From Bdellovibrionota bacterium (GTDB taxonomy: Bacteria; Bdellovibrionota_C; UBA2361; OMII01), in contig JBILFA010000006.1 in NCBI GenBank assembly GCA_044351795.1, positions 1-60,787 on the forward strand: a DNA stretch of 60,787 bases. The letters are read 5' to 3'. Positions 38,150 through 48,121 of this stretch are shown here, piece after piece (position 1 is the stretch's first letter; every line of letters begins with the position of its first letter). Position numbers and translations under genes: made by a program. Below the pieces are notes generated by a model. That model saw only the letters and a list, made by a program, of their open reading frames with translations. It searched no databases and was not told the DNA's origin.

Positions 38150-39349
38150 ATGCGCATAGCCGTAAGCGCAGGAGAGGTATCGGGTGAACAGCACCTCGCA
38201 CGGGTCGTGAGAGCGCTTCGTGAACTGCAACCCAGTGTCGAGGTCAAAGGCATGGCGGGCGCGGCCGCACGAGAGGCCGGTGCCGAGATAATCGTCGATT
38301 GCTATCGGAGGGGGGCACTGATGGGGTTCTCGGAGCTTGTGCGCTCTGCTGGCTCTATCTTCACATCGTTCTCGACCATGAAGAAGCTCATCACGGAGTG
38401 GCGACCTGACGCTCTGATCCTCGTAGACTACCCGGATTTCAATCTGCGGTTAGCTCAGGTCGCCCATAAACACCGAGTTCCGGTCTTGTATTACATACCC
38501 CCTAAGGTGTGGGCGTGGAGAGCGAGCCGAGTCAAAAAGATAGCGGAATATGTCGATCGGGTAGCTGCTATTTTCCCGTTCGAGAAGGAGTTCTACAAAA
38601 CACGCGGTTACTCGGCCGTATCGTATGTGGGACATCCGCTCACGGATCGACTTGCAGACGTACGACTCGATCTGCCGCGTACCGATACGGTGCTGCTGTT
38701 GCCCGGGAGTCGCAAGTCCGAAGTAGAGCACATCTTGCCACCGGCTCTGCGAGCTTTGAAGCTGCTGCGACGAGATTATCCTACTCTCAGTACAAAGGTT
38801 GTATTAGCGCCGAATATGTCGCTTGAGTGGGTCAAAGAGGTGGCAGCTACAGCGATTCAGGGTGCTGCTCTCGAAGAGATTGAGTGGAGCAAAGAAGATG
38901 CGCTGACAGCGATGACCCAGGCAAGAGCGGGTATCCTCAAGTCAGGTACCTGCAATTTAGAGGGAGCTATCGCAGGGTTACCCTTTGTCTCGGTGTACAG
39001 TGGTACACGGTTCTCTAATTTGCTAGTTTCTCTCTTTGTCTCTCTCAAAGAGTATTCGCCGGTCAATATAATGCGGCCCGGTACCGTTCGAGAATTGATG
39101 CAGGTGAGGCTTGATGAACGAGCGCTCGAAGCGGAGCTTCGGAAGCTTCTCGAGGTTGGGGAAGAGCGTACAAGGATAGAGCTCGGTCTCGCCGAGGTCC
39201 GGAAAAACCTGGCTGACTTCGATGTTTTTGACTCCGAATTTGGCCGCGAAGATAGTGTCGCTGGCCGGGTGGCGGCTCTGGTGCTCGAGTTAGGTGAAAA
39301 GGGCGGGCGGAAGAGTCTACATCTCAGCGCCGAGCCGGGAGTACCGTAG
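38150..39349 (+). CDS. lpxB: Lipid-A-disaccharide synthase
   Basis: AGEVSGE, VDYPDFNL, YIPPKVWAWR, VGHPL, LPGSR, KSGT. Confidence 0.95.
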   Translation: MRIAVSAGEVSGEQHLARVVRALRELQPSVEVKGMAGAAAREAGAEIIVDCYRRGALMGFSELVRSAGSIFTSFSTMKKLITEWRPDALILVDYPDFNLRLAQVAHKHRVPVLYYIPPKVWAWRASRVKKIAEYVDRVAAIFPFEKEFYKTRGYSAVSYVGHPLTDRLADVRLDLPRTDTVLLLPGSRKSEVEHILPPALRALKLLRRDYPTLSTKVVLAPNMSLEWVKEVAATAIQGAALEEIEWSKEDALTAMTQARAGILKSGTCNLEGAIAGLPFVSVYSGTRFSNLLVSLFVSLKEYSPVNIMRPGTVRELMQVRLDERALEAELRKLLEVGEERTRIELGLAEVRKNLADFDVFDSEFGREDSVAGRVAALVLELGEKGGRKSLHLSAEPGVP

Positions 39350-39372
39350 GAGTCTCGAAAGGAATTTAGTTC

Positions 39373-41118
39373 ATGTACACGAGGCTCCTCTATTACCTAA
39401 AGCCCCACCGTCGATACTTTACCGGCGCACTTCTCTGCATGGTTGTGTTCGGTGCCACAGATGGAGTCGTTCCTTTTCTCGTAAAGTACATCCTCGACGG
39501 GGTCTTCACGAAACGGGACGAACAGCTTCTGTGGGTCCTTCCTGGGCTTTTAATGGGTTTTGCGTTGGTGCGAGCCGTCTGCGACTTCGGGCAGCAGTTT
39601 CTGATGGCTGCAGTCGGTCATCGAGTAACTCAAGATCTACGAAATCACGTCAATCGTCACATCCTCTCGCTCTCGCCGGACTTCTTCGTGAGACACTCAT
39701 CGGGTGAGCTTCTTTCCAGGGTCACGTCCGATGTGCTCCTCATACGTACGCTCTTGACGGACTCCTCAGCGTCTATCATTCGTGACACCTTGCGGTTGCT
39801 CGCGCTGATAGTGTCGTGTGTTTATCTGGATCCGACTCTGTCGCTTTTGGCAGTGGTGTTTTTTCCGATTGCCGGTCTTCCGATCGCTCGCATAGGCAAG
39901 CGTATGCGTAAGCTGAGCCGGCGCGGTCAGGAGGCGATAGGTTCCTTGTCGGCGCTTTTTCAAGAGAGTATTCAGGGGCATCGTGTCGTGAAGATATTTT
40001 GTCGTGAGGAGTTCGAACAGGATCGGTTCGAACGCGGCAATAATGATCTCACGCGCACCTTCGTAAAATCCGAACGAGTAAGAGCCGCTGCGGGCCCTAT
40101 CAACGAGGTGCTAGCGAGCTTGGTGATCTCCGGCGTTTTGCTGTACGGCGGGCACACAGTGATCGCAGGAACGCGGACATCGGGAGACTTTATGGCATTT
40201 TTAGTCTCAGTATTCCTGATGTACGAGCCCTTCAAAAAGCTGACCCGCGTCAATGCGACGGTGCAACAGGGGCTGGCGGGAGCTCAGCGTATATTTGAGA
40301 TCATCGACACCGTACCGACAATTCAGGATCCGAGTGAACCGCAGAAACCTCCAGCGCGTTACGATCTCGAGCTCGTCGATGTTACCTACGAGTACCCGAA
40401 GCGAGCTGATGATGACACCGTGACAGGAGCGATACAGCGTGTGTCGCTTTCGATACCTCAGGGTCGAAAAGTGGCCCTCGTGGGCTTCTCAGGTGCCGGC
40501 AAAACGACCTTGGTCGACCTCATTCCGCGCTTTATTGATCCCTCTCGAGGGGTCGTGAAGCTTGGAGGGATCGATATTCGAACGTTGCGGTTGGTAGACG
40601 TGCGCTCTAAGATCGCGATGGTCGGCCAGCACACCTTTCTTTTCAATGACACGGTGTATAACAACATAGCCTACGGAAATCCTGACACGAATGAGGAGCA
40701 GGTTGTTGCTGCAGCCCGCGCCGCCTTTGCATACGATTTCGTCATGAAGCTTCCTCAGGGTTTCCAGACGCAGCTCGGTGAAGGTGGCATGACGTTGTCG
40801 GGAGGCGAGCGCCAACGCTTGGCGATCGCCCGAGCAATTCTCAAGGATGCGCCGATCTTGATCTTGGATGAGGCAACTGCATCTCTCGACAACCGCGCCG
40901 AGCGCGAGGTGCAGATGGCGATTCAGGCGCTCGAGAAGGGCCGCACGACGGTCGTGATTGCACACCGCCTCTCGACAATCAGAGACGCCGATACAATCGT
41001 TGTGATGAGTTCAGGACGGTTGGTGGAGCAGGGGACTCATGAAGAGTTGCTCGCTAAGGGCGAAGAGTATTCACGTCTGCATGCGCTGCAGTTTCGTGAG
41101 TCCGAGGTTACGGCTTAG
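39373..41118 (+). CDS. msbA: Lipid A flippase ABC transporter
   Basis: TMD fused to NBD (GFSGAGKT, LSGGERQR, LDEATASLD); follows lpxB. Confidence 0.88.
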   Translation: MYTRLLYYLKPHRRYFTGALLCMVVFGATDGVVPFLVKYILDGVFTKRDEQLLWVLPGLLMGFALVRAVCDFGQQFLMAAVGHRVTQDLRNHVNRHILSLSPDFFVRHSSGELLSRVTSDVLLIRTLLTDSSASIIRDTLRLLALIVSCVYLDPTLSLLAVVFFPIAGLPIARIGKRMRKLSRRGQEAIGSLSALFQESIQGHRVVKIFCREEFEQDRFERGNNDLTRTFVKSERVRAAAGPINEVLASLVISGVLLYGGHTVIAGTRTSGDFMAFLVSVFLMYEPFKKLTRVNATVQQGLAGAQRIFEIIDTVPTIQDPSEPQKPPARYDLELVDVTYEYPKRADDDTVTGAIQRVSLSIPQGRKVALVGFSGAGKTTLVDLIPRFIDPSRGVVKLGGIDIRTLRLVDVRSKIAMVGQHTFLFNDTVYNNIAYGNPDTNEEQVVAAARAAFAYDFVMKLPQGFQTQLGEGGMTLSGGERQRLAIARAILKDAPILILDEATASLDNRAEREVQMAIQALEKGRTTVVIAHRLSTIRDADTIVVMSSGRLVEQGTHEELLAKGEEYSRLHALQFRESEVTA

Positions 41119-41169
41119 GGTAGTGTCTCTATGCGACTCGCCGCTAGGAACTCTCCTGAACAATTTCTA

Positions 41170-43164
41170 CTAAGAAGCTAGGCGAAACTCCTTCTCTGAG
41201 CTGCGTTTGGTCGAGATCTCTCCCTTAAATCCCTCTTCAGGCACGATCGTTATAACATCCTTTCCGTCAGGGCCGCTCTTTCGCGATACGCGCCCGACGT
41301 TTGGAATTTTGACACTTACGATATCGCCCTGTATCTCAGTTTTCCCCCGAGATTGGGTTGTTTCATCACCATATTTATAATTCACAAGTAGACCTTCGCC
41401 CTGCGCTACCGTTATGCTGATCGGCTCCACTCCGTCGTCGGCGGCGGCGAGACGAGTTCTCGTACGTACCGCAGGTTCCTGTTTCTTTTTCGGCTCTGCT
41501 ACGTCCGGTCCTGCTGTTATGGTAGACCGTACTACGGAGCTGGGTGCTGCAGGTGAGGTAACCGACAGTGTGAAGGTTCGAGGTTCCTTCAAAGAGTCGT
41601 CTGCATAGAGGTGAAAGCGATTGTCCGGTGCGCCTGTCGAGGTATCTCGCTCCATCCGGATATCACTGCGGCTGAATTCCCACGAATTGTCTTGGCTCGT
41701 TGAGAGCACCGTACCGATAGTGCTCTCACCTTGCGGATAGATGTTGAGAACCTGCAGAGGCCCGGTTCCCAGTTGGATAGTAAGGGGCTTAGAGACGGAT
41801 GCGTAGCTACCGTTCTGCGGAAGTACCGCATCGAGCTCCGTGATCGGTGTAGGATCGCTTTCGATCTTGGCTGGGGTCGACGTCGGGGGGAGCGATGAAA
41901 TATTCGGCGATGAAGAGACCGGGCCATTGTCGGTTCCAAGATAGACTCGACTTTCTGCGACAACTTCAAAGCCTAGACCATCCGGTCCCCCTCCGGGACG
42001 AATTATCTTGAAGTGGTAGGGTTGTGATGACGGACGGGAACCTGGGCGGATCTCGTACTCTTTACCTCCTCCCGGAAGGGTCTGAGATAAGCGAGCTTCG
42101 GCAGCTCCGACTCCTATCTTGATCGACTCCTCAGGTGAATGCGCGCTGGGATCCATAGAGCCCTGGAGGCTCGAATCCTGATAGACATGCAGAGACTCTC
42201 CCGGTTTTAGAACGACCTTGAGGGGATTCTCGGAGCGCGCAACGGAAAACTCGGAGGGGAGGGAATCCCGCTTATCAAAGCTCGCGAGGTAGGCTTCGAA
42301 GCTCTCGAACCCTTTAGCCTGCCAGTCATCGCCCGGGGAGGGCGAAAGGGCGTCAATTTCGGGAGCACTCGAGACCGAGTCACTGTCGTAGCGAGCTTCG
42401 GGACTCAAAAGTGAATCTGCAGATATGTTCAAATCCGGAACTCCGGACTCGGAGGTCAGATGCTCGTTTTTTGCACCGTTATTGATATTGACGTGAAATC
42501 CCGTGCTTGCACAGGGGTCCTTAACCGTGATGAATCCTCTAAAAGCCTCACGTTGGATCCCGCCGCAACGAGTTCTTTCGCAGTGTCGCTCGTGCGTTGC
42601 TATCGTGATGGTATCGTAGTCGGGTTTGTTTGGATCCGGCTGCCTCCAAAGCTCCCCTGCAGCACTCTTGATTGGGCCATGGTCTCCCGGGCATAGACGC
42701 ATGTGCCCCTTTTCGATGCCTCGATTGGTTGTGGCTCGATTGTAGTGCACATCGATCGCCTGATTTCTGGGTACGCTCAAGGTTACCACCTGATTGAAAC
42801 GTGATGAATCCTGGGCGGCCGCTGTCTTTATCGACCAGGGGTTACGCTGCGCTGCAAGAGCGGCTTGCGTATCATGCTGGAGCTGCTTGGCACGTGAGAG
42901 GAAGTTTTGTGCCCCTTCCAGAGAGGTTGCACCCGTAGATGCCAACCCGGTGGCTTCGGCCACAAGTTCATTTGCACGTTTCTCGAGTATGTCACCGTTT
43001 CCCGGAAGAGCATTCCGAGCGGTTGTTGCGAGTTTTCCGATTTTACTAAGGACGTCCTGACGAGAATCCGGAATTGATATCGACCCGTCGGCCAGCTCTA
43101 CTCCTGCCCTCTTGACGCCGGTATCGGTATCACTGGTCTTGTGCTCCTGCAGCTGAGTAGCCAT
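41170..43164 (-). CDS. Large orphan protein with about 4 diverged beta-rich repeats
   Basis: GGAGG SD before MATQLQ; no signal peptide; repeated 'I.I.L..GE.L.VY' starts. Confidence 0.7.
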   Translation of the reverse strand: MATQLQEHKTSDTDTGVKRAGVELADGSISIPDSRQDVLSKIGKLATTARNALPGNGDILEKRANELVAEATGLASTGATSLEGAQNFLSRAKQLQHDTQAALAAQRNPWSIKTAAAQDSSRFNQVVTLSVPRNQAIDVHYNRATTNRGIEKGHMRLCPGDHGPIKSAAGELWRQPDPNKPDYDTITIATHERHCERTRCGGIQREAFRGFITVKDPCASTGFHVNINNGAKNEHLTSESGVPDLNISADSLLSPEARYDSDSVSSAPEIDALSPSPGDDWQAKGFESFEAYLASFDKRDSLPSEFSVARSENPLKVVLKPGESLHVYQDSSLQGSMDPSAHSPEESIKIGVGAAEARLSQTLPGGGKEYEIRPGSRPSSQPYHFKIIRPGGGPDGLGFEVVAESRVYLGTDNGPVSSSPNISSLPPTSTPAKIESDPTPITELDAVLPQNGSYASVSKPLTIQLGTGPLQVLNIYPQGESTIGTVLSTSQDNSWEFSRSDIRMERDTSTGAPDNRFHLYADDSLKEPRTFTLSVTSPAAPSSVVRSTITAGPDVAEPKKKQEPAVRTRTRLAAADDGVEPISITVAQGEGLLVNYKYGDETTQSRGKTEIQGDIVSVKIPNVGRVSRKSGPDGKDVITIVPEEGFKGEISTKRSSEKEFRLAS

Positions 43165-43241
43165 ACGAACCTCCAAATCAAAAACCGCACTCCTATCGGT
43201 TATGCGGTAATCCGGCGGCGATGACGCAAAAGATTCACGCC

Positions 43242-45455
43242 TTAGAGCGTGCGAACACGTGATTCGAGGTCGATCCTATCCAGGAACTTACGAATATCCT
43301 TATACTTCTTGTTTCGTTCTTGGAGGTCCAGTCCGCGCTCCAGATAGTGAGTGAATCCCTTCACGAGGAGCGCGGCCTCGTGCTCTGTCTGCTCATAGGC
43401 GTTGCGATACGACTCCACCACTCGAGTTGGAAGAACTGTACGCTCGACCAAAACCCCCCGGAGGTCATTCGCTGATTCGACTAGTTGCGCGAAGGTAACG
43501 TCCTTGTCAAAAGATACTGCAAATTTGAGCCTTTCGAATATGGCGTTGGCGTGGGCTATCTTGGTGATGACCAGGAGTTTGACAAGGCTATCTTTCGCCG
43601 ACTCCCTGTTGCACTTCTCGAGTGCACCGTTGAAATCCTCGAAGGCTTCGCGGAGTTTGTCGGCGAACACTGTAAACGGTCGACAGCGGAGAGAGTTGAG
43701 GATTTCAAGATTGAGGCGCGCTTCGGTTAGGAATGTGCGAACTGCACTCTGTCGCTCGGTAGCGGAGCGGTCTGTGCCGAAGATCTGATCCTCGAACTTC
43801 TCGAAGAGAGGAGTCGCGTTCACTACTTGGTTGCGCACTCGATCGATCTTCTTCTCGCCCTCCTGGATTATGCTCTCGAGGATCTTGTCGTCGGTAGCCA
43901 TCGTTCCCTGAATATCGGGCAGTTCCCCGCTACGACCTTCGGCGCGCTTGATCGCAGCTACGAGCTTGGTTTGGATAGGCCCGATTCTTTGTTTGATGTT
44001 TGGTATGCGCTCGATAATTCCCTTGAGATGCTCGTAAAGCTCGCTCTTCAAGCGATGCTCTGCGTGCTCGAAGGTCTTTGACCAGCGCGCAGCGAAACTG
44101 CTGAGCTCTTCCGTCAGATTGTCCTTCGTCGCCTGATCACCGCTCCAGTCCCGAGTGATGCGCTGATTGATATCCTCCGCCTCCGCACGAAACTCAGTCT
44201 GGAGCGGCAGCTCGTCATCGTAACTGTCGGTAGCGTGTGGATTTCGTCGGTGAGCATCGTAGACGGTGGCATAGAACTGAACCGTGATCGGTTCCGGATT
44301 GAATTCGGACCTCTTGTCCTTCGGATAGCCCCCCGAAATCTTTCCTCGTAGGTACATGATTGAGCCGAGGATTGAGGGATCAATATCCTTGGCCTCGGGA
44401 TACGTGATTCGCCTTCCCTCAACGGGGCGTTCGATGACGAGCATGCGCCGGTTTCCAGCACGAAGCCACTGCGCGGCTTCGAATATCATTTTCACACCTT
44501 GTATGATCTCCGGTTCGGCTTTCATCTCGAGGACACGCGATGCCCTGAGGGACCCTTCAGGCCAAACAAGCAACCTAAGGTCGCTTAAGAGCTTACTCGG
44601 GAGAAGATCCGGGCTGACGAGATAGGGAAGGAGAGAGCAGCGGTCAAAGAATTCTCGCGTGAAAAACGTAGGAAGCTTTCCATCGAGATTGAGGTGCGGG
44701 AAGGCATAATCCATCGGCCGACTGAAGGCACGCATGAACTTCGACGCCTTCGAATCCGGAAACTCTCGCCACAGGTCAGCGATAGTGGTGGTCGAGAACT
44801 TGCGGCCGAAAGTGGTGTGGCGGAGTTCGCGTATCCGGACATAGTAGTCCTCCCAGTATCGGATCTCCCGCAGTGTTCCGGCGTGAATATCGGACGGTAT
44901 TTCGGTCGCGGTCTGCACGGCAACAGATCCCGGCCTAGAGGTAACTATGGTTCCGCGGTAACGCACATCGTCGTTTCCGAATTCGACAATTGATCCTGGT
45001 GTCAGAGCGATGGATCCTGATGTTTCGAACTCATACAGTCCTGTGTGTTTCGTCTTTGAGACCGGAAAGGAGCTTGGTAGCGCTCGAGGATCATCTCGCC
45101 GCCCCGAGATGGTCTGATGCGGACGTCGTTCAGACTCCGCGCTGATCCACTCCGAATATGAAGTGCGCTGAGCTTGAGTCGTGGCGAGCTCCTCGATATG
45201 GGCACGCCTGTCGAGCAGAGTGATGATTCGAGTCCTTTTGCGCGTCGAAAGTTCAGAGAGAGGTACCGAAACTTTCCCTAGAGCGTCGGCGGGGTCAGAG
45301 GTGCTTCCTCGCGGAGTCGCTGGAAGGTTGGCCTTGGCGAGGTCTATCTCCCAGGAGCTTCTTACTTGCTCGAACCGGTGGTTTCGGGGCGGGATGCGCC
45401 TCATTCCGTCTTTATGCGCCGGATTGCTATCTTGACTGTCAGGCTTGGGTGGCAT
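43242..45455 (-). CDS. Large orphan protein with helical C-terminal half
   Basis: AGGAG SD before MPPKPDS; 737 aa open frame; no catalytic motif recognised. Confidence 0.7.
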   Translation of the reverse strand: MPPKPDSQDSNPAHKDGMRRIPPRNHRFEQVRSSWEIDLAKANLPATPRGSTSDPADALGKVSVPLSELSTRKRTRIITLLDRRAHIEELATTQAQRTSYSEWISAESERRPHQTISGRRDDPRALPSSFPVSKTKHTGLYEFETSGSIALTPGSIVEFGNDDVRYRGTIVTSRPGSVAVQTATEIPSDIHAGTLREIRYWEDYYVRIRELRHTTFGRKFSTTTIADLWREFPDSKASKFMRAFSRPMDYAFPHLNLDGKLPTFFTREFFDRCSLLPYLVSPDLLPSKLLSDLRLLVWPEGSLRASRVLEMKAEPEIIQGVKMIFEAAQWLRAGNRRMLVIERPVEGRRITYPEAKDIDPSILGSIMYLRGKISGGYPKDKRSEFNPEPITVQFYATVYDAHRRNPHATDSYDDELPLQTEFRAEAEDINQRITRDWSGDQATKDNLTEELSSFAARWSKTFEHAEHRLKSELYEHLKGIIERIPNIKQRIGPIQTKLVAAIKRAEGRSGELPDIQGTMATDDKILESIIQEGEKKIDRVRNQVVNATPLFEKFEDQIFGTDRSATERQSAVRTFLTEARLNLEILNSLRCRPFTVFADKLREAFEDFNGALEKCNRESAKDSLVKLLVITKIAHANAIFERLKFAVSFDKDVTFAQLVESANDLRGVLVERTVLPTRVVESYRNAYEQTEHEAALLVKGFTHYLERGLDLQERNKKYKDIRKFLDRIDLESRVRTL

Positions 45456-45791
45456 GCCTTTGGTGCTCCTTTTGGCCCACAAAGAGGTCTCGGGGCGTGC
45501 GGCAGTATACCGTTTGCCAGCCGGTTATAGAAGCGTTGCCCTCTGAGATGGCGGTGCGAACCCCGGAAAGTTTTTGACGGAATATGGGTCTCGAGCCACG
45601 CCAAATCTGCTCGTTTTTGCAGCATACTATGGCGGAAAGACTAAGGATTCGACAGCGTCTTGGAAGATTGGGTCGGCGCATGGATCGATTGCCTCGGAAG
45701 CAAAAACACATGCTTCATTGTCGGGAAGTTCGGTCATAACACTACCGTGAGAGTGTTGATGTACGGTTGTTATCGGTAGTTTGAGGTTAGT

Positions 45792-46139
45792 ATGGCGTTT
45801 CCGCACACCCTAGTTGTTTCCAATGAGATCCCCTCAGCCTTGGCCGCCCTCCAGGAGCGAGTTATTCGAGGTGAACAGCTCTCTGAGCATGATATTACTC
45901 GATCTGTCCGAGTAGATATCGAGAGTGGTATCGCTGTCAGCGAGGTCTTTCTCTCGAAGTTCATTGGTGGAAACCGAGCGATATCTCCTGATGCGATCGA
46001 ATCGATTGTCGCTCAGCTCCAGGCTAAGATGAAAGAAGTGCTTTTCAGCAATCCCGATCTCTTCCTCGCGTACGGTAAGGCTGCGGCTTTCTTGGCTCGC
46101 GAGCTTCGTCGGCGAGCGGCCGTCTTACACCTCGTTTGA
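45792..46139 (+). CDS. Hypothetical helical protein
   Basis: GAGG SD; 115 aa. Confidence 0.5.
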   Translation: MAFPHTLVVSNEIPSALAALQERVIRGEQLSEHDITRSVRVDIESGIAVSEVFLSKFIGGNRAISPDAIESIVAQLQAKMKEVLFSNPDLFLAYGKAAAFLARELRRRAAVLHLV

Positions 46140-46212
46140 GAAGGTCAAGCGGCGATTAAGCGGAGTTCAAGTCTGCAACGGCTCGAGCCGTCGACCTATG
46201 TGTCCGGCAACT

Positions 46213-46599
46213 TCAGTCTGTCACGCGCGCAGCTCGCTGATTCAAGAGGTACTCGGAGAGTGAGATCGCTCCGCGATCAATGATTCCCGGAGTTGCGGAG
46301 CAGGTCGTGAAGGCCTCTGAGAGTTTTACCTTGTTGTCCCGTTCTGTGCGTATGAGGCGACCTTCGCGAAACCGGAAGAAGTCGCCCTGAAGCGCCTCGT
46401 TTTGGGAGAGTTCCGCTAGGATCAATCCGTCGGGGTGAAGCACGCTCTCGAGCAAGCCGCTGTCAGAGCAATAGCTGTCCTCGGCGTGGAGAAGGGTGAG
46501 ATCGCGGCCCTTTAGATCGACGGTGTAGGAGAATACAATCTGGCCGGAGCGGTAACGACGGTCTAAATAGAAGCGCGCTTCGACCGGAATACCCTGTTG
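46213..46599 (-). pseudogene. Open frame lacking a standard start (fragment, or ATT-initiated gene)
   Basis: The frame stays open 48 codons upstream of the TTG at 46455 (QQGIPVEARFYLDRRYRSGQIVFSYTVDL...) up to a TAA at 46600-46602. Confidence 0.35.
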
Positions 46600-46667
46600 T
46601 TATGAGCAGCATCGGCGCTGATGTGTGATAAAGTTCTCTCATCAGAAGCTATGAGGATCGATCGAGC

Positions 46668-47720
46668 ATGCCGAAGTTATGTGCCCCACATTCATTAGCG
46701 TTCTCCTGTGCCACGGTTTCGGGCGTGGCCGAACAGATGGTGTCCTTGATTTCGTCGATCGCTGCGGCTCAAGAGAGACGGGTGCAGGAGCGCTTCCATG
46801 CCACCCTCTCCGCTCTCGACCGTGCAGTGCTTGATCGGCAGCAATCTATTCCCTACGACGGGAAGGATTGGTGGAGAGGGGCACATGACATCTTTGTAAC
46901 GCGGGCTATGGCAGTCATTGTTGATCGAGAGAATGCAGCTCGCAGGGCAGCCGGACACGCAGACCTGCTACCTCAGTGGCTTGTCACGGCAGCCGTGTTG
47001 CATGATCGAGGATATGCAATCTTGGGAAAATGTAGAGAGATCTCTGGAGCGGAGTACCTTTCTCGAAGCGGGGCACATTGGGAGGGCGCGGATACCCGTA
47101 TTCTGCATGCCCAATTATCGCGACGATATGCGGCTAGGTTACTGTTCGGGGTCAAAGATACCGAGCTCGATATGATTCGCGTCGGCTCTCCACTTGAGTG
47201 TGATGTGTCGATCGAGGTCCGAGAACTCTTGTTAGAGGTGATCGAGACCCACGACTACCCCTATGTCGGTCGCTACGACGAGATGTCGCGTGAAGCTCGC
47301 CATCACTTCGATGCCGACAGCCTATTCTCGATCAGTTTGCTCAGTTTCGTGAAGGACTACCTGGCCTATCTCGATGATTCGCTCAAGGTTCGCGCCGCGC
47401 TTGATATCGGTTTGGGAGATGAGGGGGTATTTACACCGCACGGTTTGGTAGTCGCTCGGATGTCTCGCTACTTCGAACGCACCGATCAGCTTCCTCAGGG
47501 CTGGAATCAGGTGATTTTTCCCTTTCGGACGGAAGCGGTTTCGTTTGTAGGGGGGAGGTGTATCCGCCCACATTCTGCAACTGCTCAGACATTGACCGAT
47601 CGGGCCTTTGAGGATTTGGCTGACTGCTGCGTCGTTTTGGGGCAGATGTCGTCAGTGGAGGAATTCGGTGGGTGGTTTAGCGAACGGGTAAAACGCCAAT
47701 TCAACGAGCTGCTCAATTGA
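46668..47720 (+). CDS. HD-superfamily metal-dependent phosphohydrolase-like protein
   Basis: 'GAHDIFV...AAVLHDRGY...LHAQLS...IETHD...FDADSL' gives the H-HD-H-H-D pattern. Confidence 0.7.
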   Translation: MPKLCAPHSLAFSCATVSGVAEQMVSLISSIAAAQERRVQERFHATLSALDRAVLDRQQSIPYDGKDWWRGAHDIFVTRAMAVIVDRENAARRAAGHADLLPQWLVTAAVLHDRGYAILGKCREISGAEYLSRSGAHWEGADTRILHAQLSRRYAARLLFGVKDTELDMIRVGSPLECDVSIEVRELLLEVIETHDYPYVGRYDEMSREARHHFDADSLFSISLLSFVKDYLAYLDDSLKVRAALDIGLGDEGVFTPHGLVVARMSRYFERTDQLPQGWNQVIFPFRTEAVSFVGGRCIRPHSATAQTLTDRAFEDLADCCVVLGQMSSVEEFGGWFSERVKRQFNELLN

Positions 47721-47758
47721 GCAAGAGCGCCTCATGAGAGCAAGTAGTGAGAGGTCCC

Positions 47759-47795
47759 TGAACCGCAGTGAGTTATCCTTGCTCACTGCGGTTCA
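47759..47795. terminator. Strong hairpin between convergent genes
   Basis: TGAACCGCAGTGAG/CTCACTGCGGTTCA perfect 14-bp stem, 9-nt loop. Confidence 0.75.
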
Positions 47796-47815
47796 AGTTA
47801 GCGATACGCGAAGCG

Positions 47816-48121
47816 TTACTCGCTGATCTCGGCGCTCTCGGAAGAACTTCCCTCAGAAAGACTCTCTGACGCCTCGGCGTCTGAGCTCTCCTCGTCCTTC
47901 TTGGTGCGAGTTACCTTCGCAGCCTGAAGGCCTTTAGGTCCTTCCTTGAGCTCGTACTCCACAGCCTCACCATCCTTGAGGGTCTTAAACCCATCGGCGG
48001 TGATGACCGAATAATGAACAAACACATCTCGTCCACTGGAGTGTTCGATGAAACCAAATCCCTTGGCATCATTGAACCACTTGACGACTCCTTTCAGCGT
48101 ACTGGAATCAGAATCTGACAT
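47816..48121 (-). CDS. Cold-shock domain protein with acidic Ser/Glu tail
   Basis: [39 protein letters not shown]; GGGGAG SD. Confidence 0.95.
   Translation of the reverse strand: MSDSDSSTLKGVVKWFNDAKGFGFIEHSSGRDVFVHYSVITADGFKTLKDGEAVEYELKEGPKGLQAAKVTRTKKDEESSDAEASESLSEGSSSESAEISE

Noticed and set aside
37986-38201. 72-aa N-terminal extension of the AsmA-like ORF overlapping lpxB
   Set aside because: The family starts at the N-terminal TM (MKKRIV).
46160-46191. tRNA T-arm-like GTTCAAGT and the palindrome ACGGCTCGAGCCGT as a tRNA remnant or att site
   Set aside because: The T-stem does not pair in the canonical register, and there is no cloverleaf, second copy or integrase.
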